Origin: Caedibacter taeniospiralis
Lineage (GTDB): Bacteria; Pseudomonadota; Gammaproteobacteria; Francisellales; Francisellaceae
DNA: 32,000 nt
NCBI RefSeq assembly: GCF_002803295.2
Contig: NZ_PGGB02000005.1
Location: 30,059 to 62,058 of the forward strand
Reading direction: 5' to 3'
Part shown: positions 17,407 through 23,875 of the stretch, piece after piece
Layout of the letters: each line of letters begins with the position of its first letter
Numbering within the stretch: the stretch's first letter is position 1
The notes under the pieces: model-generated
Seen by the model: only the letters and a program-made list of their open reading frames with translations
The model's database searches: none
What the model was told of the DNA's origin: nothing
Translations under genes and position numbers: made by a program

Positions 17407-18807
17407 TTAATACACGCCTATTGGTACGCTTTGCTCGAAAGTTAAATCGGCAAAGCGGCAGAATCTTCCTTCAAAATGTACTTTGATACTGCCAATAGGA
17501 CCGTTACGCTGTTTGCCAATGATAATTTCACCTAAGCCTTTATTGTCTTCTTTATCTTTGTGATAAACCTCATCACGATAGACAAACATGATCACATCGG
17601 CATCCTGCTCAATTGCGCCAGATTCACGCAGATCAGACATCATTGGACGCTTATCCGCGCGATCATCCACGCCACGATTAAGCTGTGATAATGCAATAAC
17701 AGGCACGTGCAACTCTTTAGCCAGCGATTTCAGCGCGCGCGAAATTTCAGAAACCTCCTGTGTGCGGTTATTTTCATAACCTGGGACTTTCATCAGTTGC
17801 AAATAGTCGACTACAATCATGCTTAAACCATTGTGCTCTTTGTACAGTTTACGCGCTCTTGAGCGCATCTCAGATGGCGAAAGCCCAGCACTGTCATCAA
17901 TGTGCATGTTAAAATCTTTGGCTAAAACTTCCATCGCTGTCGTTATTTTCGCCCAATGCTCATCTTCCAAACGACCCTTTCTAAGGGCATTTTGCTCAAC
18001 ACGTCCCAAGGATGAAATCATTCTAAGGACAATATCTTCAGCAGGCATCTCAAGACTAAACACCAAAACGGGCTTATCAGCACCTCTTGCCACATTCTCT
18101 GCCAGGTTCATCGCAAAAGTGGTTTTTCCCATTGAAGGGCGCCCCGCAACAATGACGAGATTGGCAGGATGAAGCCCTGAGGTTAATTCATCCAAATCAG
18201 CAAAACCGCTGGGTGTTCCTGTAATGCCATCACTGGACTCCATCATTGCATCAATGCGATCAATGACGCTTGGGATAATATCACGAACTGCTCTTGGACC
18301 ATCACCTCTTTGGGTGTCCGTTTCCGCGATCGCTAAAATCTTTTGTTCTGCAACATCTAAAATATCTTCCGCTTTTCTGCCTTCTGGAACGTAAACCATA
18401 TTGGCAATATCCGTCGCTGTATTTAAGAGTACCCTTAACTTTGAACGCTCTTTGACAATCTCAGCATAGGCTACGACATTCGCCGCCGTTGGCGTATTTT
18501 TGGCAATCTCTGCTAAATAATGCAATCCGCCTGCCTGCTCCAATAGCTTTTCATTAGATAATGAATCACTCAATGTAATAATATCAAAGGGAGATTCATC
18601 TTGGATAAGCTTCTGCATTTGCCTAAAAATGATGCGATGTTGAGAACTATAAAAATCTTCGGGTTTAAGAATTTCTTCGATTTTAAACCATGCTTCATTA
18701 TCCAATATAAGCCCACCAATAACTGACCGCTCAGCATCAATTGAAGAGGGTGGGCGTTTAATGCTTTCAAGCTGAGTATTTAAAGATATCACTTCATTTG
18801 GGTGCAT
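17407..18807 (-). CDS. dnaB: Replicative DNA helicase DnaB
   Basis: PPSSIDAERSVIGGLILDNEAW N-terminal domain, Walker A GRPSMGKTTFA, Walker B IVVDYLQLM, and the SQLNR and GKQRNGP blocks. The ATG is at 18807, with an alternative GTG at 18813. Normal length, no intein. Confidence 0.95.
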   Translation of the reverse strand: MHPNEVISLNTQLESIKRPPSSIDAERSVIGGLILDNEAWFKIEEILKPEDFYSSQHRIIFRQMQKLIQDESPFDIITLSDSLSNEKLLEQAGGLHYLAEIAKNTPTAANVVAYAEIVKERSKLRVLLNTATDIANMVYVPEGRKAEDILDVAEQKILAIAETDTQRGDGPRAVRDIIPSVIDRIDAMMESSDGITGTPSGFADLDELTSGLHPANLVIVAGRPSMGKTTFAMNLAENVARGADKPVLVFSLEMPAEDIVLRMISSLGRVEQNALRKGRLEDEHWAKITTAMEVLAKDFNMHIDDSAGLSPSEMRSRARKLYKEHNGLSMIVVDYLQLMKVPGYENNRTQEVSEISRALKSLAKELHVPVIALSQLNRGVDDRADKRPMMSDLRESGAIEQDADVIMFVYRDEVYHKDKEDNKGLGEIIIGKQRNGPIGSIKVHFEGRFCRFADLTFEQSVPIGVY

Positions 18808-18818
18808 AATCACGCCTG

Positions 18819-19868
18819 TTACTTATCTTGCTGCAGCAAAGTATCTACCTTTTTGTCTGTTTGCGCTGTGGCATTTTCCATCTCATCAACTTCTTCCCAT
18901 GGCGCCTTATCTTCTTTAGGATTAGATTTACCAGTGAGCTTTGTATTTTGCTCAGTTAGATCCAAACCTGCAGTGTCTTCCTTGGCAAAAACCTGCATAA
19001 GAAAATCAATAAACTCACGCAATGTCTCTGCCATGATAATGAAGTCAGCATCAAAGCGCTCTTGTTTGGTTTCGGAAACAATATCGTTGGCTTTGTCCTG
19101 CACCATTTCCAGGAACTTTACCGATTTAATCATAAACTCATCATTGATGATAAAACTCAGCTGATCCTGCCAGGATAATCCCAACTGGATCGTCTCACGA
19201 CCTGATTCTATTAATGACAAAATGTCATCGGTAAATAAATTCTGGCGCTGACAGCGAATAATTCCCGACGCATCTTTATCATCCTGCAAGATACATTGAT
19301 CCTCAATGGTAAGTGCTGCTGGATATTCATTGGTTTTAAGCCATTGCGTCAAGAGCATGGAAACAGGAAGCACCTCTGGAATGCGGATCTTCAAGCTCCC
19401 CAGGGCTTTGCGCAAATTCACGGTTAAAAGCTCGGCTTTCTTTGCTGAAGAAGCATTGACCACAAGCCAACCGTTTTGCGTATCGATATAAGCGTTTATC
19501 ACACTGTTACGAGTAAATGCGCGAGGTAAAAGCGTTTGATAAATTTCCTCTTTAAGCGTGTCTCTTTCTTTCTTTTTAACTGTGCGAGATTCCTGTAATT
19601 CAATCTCTGCCACTTTTTCATCCACAAGTTCTTTTATCACGCCAGCAGGCACTATTTTTTCCTGCACCTTAAATGCCATCAGCATAAAGCCACTAGCGGC
19701 ATGCACGATGGGCGCATTATTTCCCAAAGGAGATACCCAGCCCATAGATACAGGAGTGCTTGTTGAACAAGGAACAAAGGCGTGTTCATTTAAATATTTT
19801 TCCACTTCCTCAACCGTAAGGGTAAATTTTTCTGTCAATTGAAATAACGCTAAATTTTTAAACCACAT
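18819..19868 (-). CDS. rdgC: Recombination-associated protein RdgC (with a C-terminal extension)
   Basis: MWFKNLALFQL is the typical RdgC N-terminus. SD GAAGG lies upstream. The product is 349 aa. Its stop is 11 nt before the dnaB ATG. Confidence 0.85.
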   Translation of the reverse strand: MWFKNLALFQLTEKFTLTVEEVEKYLNEHAFVPCSTSTPVSMGWVSPLGNNAPIVHAASGFMLMAFKVQEKIVPAGVIKELVDEKVAEIELQESRTVKKKERDTLKEEIYQTLLPRAFTRNSVINAYIDTQNGWLVVNASSAKKAELLTVNLRKALGSLKIRIPEVLPVSMLLTQWLKTNEYPAALTIEDQCILQDDKDASGIIRCQRQNLFTDDILSLIESGRETIQLGLSWQDQLSFIINDEFMIKSVKFLEMVQDKANDIVSETKQERFDADFIIMAETLREFIDFLMQVFAKEDTAGLDLTEQNTKLTGKSNPKEDKAPWEEVDEMENATAQTDKKVDTLLQQDK

Positions 19869-19889
19869 TTTTTACCTTCTTAATTTTTA

Positions 19890-20085
19890 GAGGAGTTACG
19901 TACTTTTGCTGACCTTAAAGACTACCCCGTCTGCTTCGCAGCCACCCCTTCGCTAACGAAGGGGAATTAAGTAATAAACTTTCCGAAAATTCCCCTTCAC
20001 TTGTGAAGGGGTGCCTCGCGGTCTGACCACTCCAAAGTGGTCAGACCGCGAGGCGGGGTAGTGCAGCAAAAGTGTATCACTCCAG
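19890..20085 (-). repeat. MITE-like modular repeat, copy G (short form)
   Basis: The left end is gaggagttacgtACTTTTGCTGaccttaaagACTACCCCGtctgc, followed by H3, H2 and H1. The right end is gcgaggCGGGGTAGTgCAGCAAAAGTgtatcactccag, directly abutting the bamD stop (TTA at 20086-20088). Confidence 0.85.
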
Positions 20086-20886
20086 TTATTTAAATACTAC
20101 CGTCGGACGCTTTGCTGCATCCTCTAAAGATTTTAAGTACACATTATTGGGATAATTTGTTTTTAACACTTCCATGGATTTCTCAGCCAACACGGGTAAC
20201 TTCAAAATGTCATACGAGCGAATCATAACAACCAGCGCGTTTTCAATCGAAGTGCTTTGCGGATAAGACTCAACTACGATCTTAGCGCGATTAATTGCTG
20301 CAACATAGGCTTCATGATCAAAATAGAATTGCGCAATATTACATTCATATTCGCCAACCACATTATTGATGTGAATCATTCTACGTCTTGCGTCCTCAAC
20401 AAATGCGCCTTTAGGTTCTATCAACACGGCGCGTTTTAAGTCACTAAATGCTTGTCTATATGCAGCAGGATCATGTTGTGCCATGTCATAAGGAAGTCTG
20501 CGCTGTAAAAAACCACGCCCATTGTCATAGTTCATTACCCCCATCATGTAGTAGACATACCCAAGATGTGTTGAAGTCGGATAAGCACGCAAAAACTGGC
20601 GCGCAAGCCCTAATGCCATCTCAGGCTGCCCATCTTCATAGTAAGTGTAAATAAGCTCCAAGTTACCCATTTCAGTATATTTTTGAAATGGATACTGAGA
20701 ATTTAATGATCTAAACGTGTCAATAGCTTTGTAGTAATCCCTGTTTTTGACCTGCTCGTGACCCTTGGCGTAAATATACTCTGGACTTTCACCTTGATAA
20801 GGCAATGGTTTATTCGTTGTCGTCGAACAACCTGAAAAGAGCAAAAGTGCCCCTAAGCCACTTATTGCCCATAATATTTTTTTCAT
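20086..20886 (-). CDS. bamD: Outer-membrane protein assembly factor BamD (ComL/YfiO lipoprotein)
   Basis: Signal peptide with lipobox LLFSGC, and a TPR-like helical repeat composition. It is divergent from rluD, as is usual in gammaproteobacteria. Confidence 0.85.
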   Translation of the reverse strand: MKKILWAISGLGALLLFSGCSTTTNKPLPYQGESPEYIYAKGHEQVKNRDYYKAIDTFRSLNSQYPFQKYTEMGNLELIYTYYEDGQPEMALGLARQFLRAYPTSTHLGYVYYMMGVMNYDNGRGFLQRRLPYDMAQHDPAAYRQAFSDLKRAVLIEPKGAFVEDARRRMIHINNVVGEYECNIAQFYFDHEAYVAAINRAKIVVESYPQSTSIENALVVMIRSYDILKLPVLAEKSMEVLKTNYPNNVYLKSLEDAAKRPTVVFK

Positions 20887-20973
20887 TGATTTCCCTTTAA
20901 TTTATTACCGCCTTTGTCATTTATTGTTTACAATGCTGCACAATTTAACAGGCGTCTTGATAGGACTCTATTT

Positions 20974-22074
20974 GTGCCACATCATACCGTATTTAAAAAT
21001 ATTCAGCAAAATGTTATTGCACCTGAAACGCTGGCAGGCAAAAGACTAGATCAGTGTTTATGTATCCTGTTTAGTGATTATTCTCGTTCACAACTGCAAA
21101 AATGGTTGAAGCAGGGCAGCATCCTTGTTAATCGGGAGGTTAAAAAGGCCAAAGACAGAATCATTGGCGGTGAACACATCATGCTGGACGCTGAACTTTA
21201 TGAGCATAGCGGCTGGCAGGCTGAGCATATTCCTCTTGAGGTGATATTTGAGGATGAGGACATTATTGTCATCAACAAGGCAGCAGGACTTATTGTTCAC
21301 CCAGGGGCAGGGAATTTCTCAGGTACCTTATCTAATGCCCTTTTAGCCCATGATCCCATCTTTGCAACTGTGCCTCGCGCAGGCATTGTCCACCGTTTAG
21401 ATAAAGATACCTCTGGATTAATGATGGCTGCTAAAAGTTTAAAAGCGCATACTTCATTGGTTGCTCAATTATCTAAGCGTCAAGTAAAACGTGAATATGA
21501 AGCCATTGTTACAGGCTATATTACCGTTGGCAGCACGATCAAGACCAAAATCGGACGAAGTCCTCATAATCGCTTAAAAATGGCAGTAACCCCTACAGGG
21601 AAAGAGGCAATCACTCACTTTGTTGTCATTGAGCGTTATCGCGACCATACGCGCATTCGCTGCAAACTGGAAACGGGGCGCACACATCAGATTCGTGTCC
21701 ATATGGCGCACGTTAAAGCCCCTTTAGTGGGGGATTCCATTTACAACCCCAGATTGAAACTCGCTCGCGGCTTGTCCGATGAAGCTCAAGAGGTGTTAAA
21801 AAACTTTCAACGCCAGGCATTGCACGCTTATAAACTTGGCTTTATTCACCCTGCCAGTGGTGAAAGGATCGAATTTAGTGCTAAGCCACCTGAAGATATG
21901 CAGCACCTGATTCAAGTCCTGCGTGAGGATGCTGAAGGCTTATATTCATACGATGATGATTTTGATGACGAATGCTTCGACTTTACAGGTGATTACGTCG
22001 ATGATGATTTTGACGATGAAGCGTATGACGAATACACCGATGATGATTCAGATGAGTCCACTTTTAATTCTTAG
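20974..22074 (+). CDS. rluD: 23S rRNA pseudouridine synthase RluD, with an acidic C-terminal tail
   Basis: S4-like N-terminus (LAGKRLDQCL..YSRSQLQKWLKQGSILVN), catalytic HRLDKDTSGL, and GRTHQIRVHMA. The GTG start at 20974 is preferred over the ORF-track TTG at 20914, which leaves only 27 bp to bamD. Confidence 0.88.
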   Translation: MPHHTVFKNIQQNVIAPETLAGKRLDQCLCILFSDYSRSQLQKWLKQGSILVNREVKKAKDRIIGGEHIMLDAELYEHSGWQAEHIPLEVIFEDEDIIVINKAAGLIVHPGAGNFSGTLSNALLAHDPIFATVPRAGIVHRLDKDTSGLMMAAKSLKAHTSLVAQLSKRQVKREYEAIVTGYITVGSTIKTKIGRSPHNRLKMAVTPTGKEAITHFVVIERYRDHTRIRCKLETGRTHQIRVHMAHVKAPLVGDSIYNPRLKLARGLSDEAQEVLKNFQRQALHAYKLGFIHPASGERIEFSAKPPEDMQHLIQVLREDAEGLYSYDDDFDDECFDFTGDYVDDDFDDEAYDEYTDDDSDESTFNS

Positions 22075-22128
22075 TTATTTTCAACTATCTTTAGCACTAA
22101 ATGGAGTTTGAGTAAGTTTGACAAGGCT

Positions 22129-23397
22129 ATGAAAAATTGCATCTATAACCTGTGTATCATTTTACATAAAACAATTAAGGCATCTATAAGAATTATTTTA
22201 TTGCTAATGCTTTTCAGTCTATCCTTGATTTATGCAGCTGACTTGAATCCATCGAGCAAAATACTATGGGAAATGCAACAGCCATTGGCACAGTCAATGA
22301 GTAAATTTAACGATTATTGCGGCGAAAACAACACAAAAAATCAACAAATTTACTGCTATTGGTTTCAGCTGCTTCCAGCTAAACAGCTACTTCTTCAATA
22401 TGCCAGGGCACAAGAATATATAGCGCTTAAAACCAGTGGGGATTTAGTGGAATTTTCGTATATTGTACGACAAAACGAGCAAGTAATTATTACTATCAAT
22501 ATTTATTTGAGCTGGATAAATCACGCCAAGTTAATTGATTTAGCCGAAGCTCTCAACCAAAAAATGCCCCTGTTTTCTTTGATTCATCACGCGCTTGAGG
22601 AGAGTTTGATCGATGCAATTATCGATAGCGCCGAGGTCCACCTGGATGTTGTCACTGAACTTGATGGTAAAACACTATTACAAATGCTCCAGCTTCCCAT
22701 TTATACGCCACTTCAGACAAATGAGAAAATAAGCTATCAGACCCAAATTAAATTTACCGCTTACTTACAGGCAAATCAATTATTAAGGGCTGATCTTAAG
22801 ATGAATATTGCTAATCTGGCTAGTGTTGAAGGTGGTTTTATCAGTCATCTGACACCTCCTCTTTGGCTGTCTCCTATTCTAAATACCCTTTCAAGTGGAC
22901 TTTTTTTTGCTGCTAAAAATAGCATTCATCACACAAATGCTCTTTATTTCGACCAGGCTTTTATGCGCTTTAAGGATTTTGGGCTAATCGCTAACTTATT
23001 AGGGCAGTACATCTCAGCGAGTCCAATGTTTCGTTTTTTAGCCTTTGAAGAAATGAGTAAGTTTAGCCATGAGCTTGCACAGCAGCATAGGGATGCGGAG
23101 AAAAGAAAGTTATATCTGGCATTGGCTGAGTATTTGGCAGCACCTCAGTGTTTTGAAGCGGGTGTGGAAACTTCGAAAGATACCGCTCAAACCCAAGAAA
23201 TCTGGTTTGCCTTGTGGCAGTTATTTGCCTTACCAGGGCAATTAAATCAGCAGGAAAAGATGCTTGCAAAGACACATGCCAGCAAGACTCAAGCAGAAGT
23301 CAACGAGCTCACCCGTCTGCAAAAGAAATCCCTAAGTAAAGTGCAAGGTTTACTACAGAATAATTTCAAGATTCATTATCAAAGCAAAAAATGCTAA
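22129..23397 (+). CDS. Hypothetical exported protein (422 aa from ATG 22129), no recognisable domain
   Basis: This is a long ORF. Its N-terminal hydrophobic segment IRIILLLMLFSLSLIYA-AD looks like a Sec signal or membrane anchor, and the rest is helical and Leu/Gln-rich. I recognised no motif. Confidence 0.6.
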   Translation: MKNCIYNLCIILHKTIKASIRIILLLMLFSLSLIYAADLNPSSKILWEMQQPLAQSMSKFNDYCGENNTKNQQIYCYWFQLLPAKQLLLQYARAQEYIALKTSGDLVEFSYIVRQNEQVIITINIYLSWINHAKLIDLAEALNQKMPLFSLIHHALEESLIDAIIDSAEVHLDVVTELDGKTLLQMLQLPIYTPLQTNEKISYQTQIKFTAYLQANQLLRADLKMNIANLASVEGGFISHLTPPLWLSPILNTLSSGLFFAAKNSIHHTNALYFDQAFMRFKDFGLIANLLGQYISASPMFRFLAFEEMSKFSHELAQQHRDAEKRKLYLALAEYLAAPQCFEAGVETSKDTAQTQEIWFALWQLFALPGQLNQQEKMLAKTHASKTQAEVNELTRLQKKSLSKVQGLLQNNFKIHYQSKKC

Positions 23398-23665
23398 AAA
23401 ATTAGTTTCTGAACATAAGTTTAGATTTTGACCTATACTCATGACACGAAGGAACGTGTATCAAATAACTGACCTGGTTTTCTCAGTTGAGATTATTTTA
23501 CGCATGACCCAAAGTTATTCTTTAAATAACGGTTATTTATGCGTGTTCCTTGGTATGAGAGTTAGGAGCGTAAAGCTATCTGTTGACCCCGTACATTATC
23601 GGAGTTACCAGGCTTTATGCAAAGAGTAGGATGATTAACCAACGCACAAATTAAGGAACATAGTA

Positions 23666-23848
23666 ATGAAAACAAGAAGATTTTTTTTAGTCATTTTAGC
23701 GGGTTTCAGTATTTTACTTAGCGCCTGTGGTGGAGGCGGCGGTGGCGGAACTTCAAGCACAACTGCCGCTGCAGCAGAGACAACTGAAGATTGTGCAGCT
23801 GGTTCAGTATGCGCGCCAAGCCAGGTTAGCATGGTGCCAAGTAAGTAG
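23666..23848 (+). CDS. Small Gly-rich lipoprotein (60 aa)
   Basis: SD AAGGA lies upstream. The signal peptide ends in the lipobox LLSAC, followed by a G7 linker and a Thr/Ala/Glu-rich tail with one Cys pair (CAAGSVC). The gene ends 27 nt upstream of the next gene. Confidence 0.6.
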   Translation: MKTRRFFLVILAGFSILLSACGGGGGGGTSSTTAAAAETTEDCAAGSVCAPSQVSMVPSK

Positions 23849-23875
23849 TTACCCAAAGATCAAGGAGACAGTCAA

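Noticed and set aside
17407-18813. An intein or insertion in DnaB.
   Set aside because: The length (466-468 aa) and the uninterrupted Walker A/B and SQLNR blocks match a standard intein-less DnaB.
2021-20085. Could the recurring 190-280 bp elements be a CRISPR array or another tandem repeat system?
   Set aside because: They are long, internally palindromic and bounded by inverted rather than direct termini. They occur in both orientations, are separated by whole genes at irregular distances, and have no cas genes nearby. A dispersed MITE-like family fits better.
23441-23629. A 62-aa ORF in the gap before the lipoprotein gene.
   Set aside because: It has no SD, an odd composition and no recognisable motif, and it overlaps the putative structured leader. 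I treated it as non-coding.
23635-23856. A 73-aa minus-strand ORF with a poly-Pro run.
   Set aside because: It is the antisense shadow of the Gly-rich lipoprotein gene (GGN codons read as CCN). The plus-strand gene has an SD and a lipobox, and the minus-strand ORF has neither.
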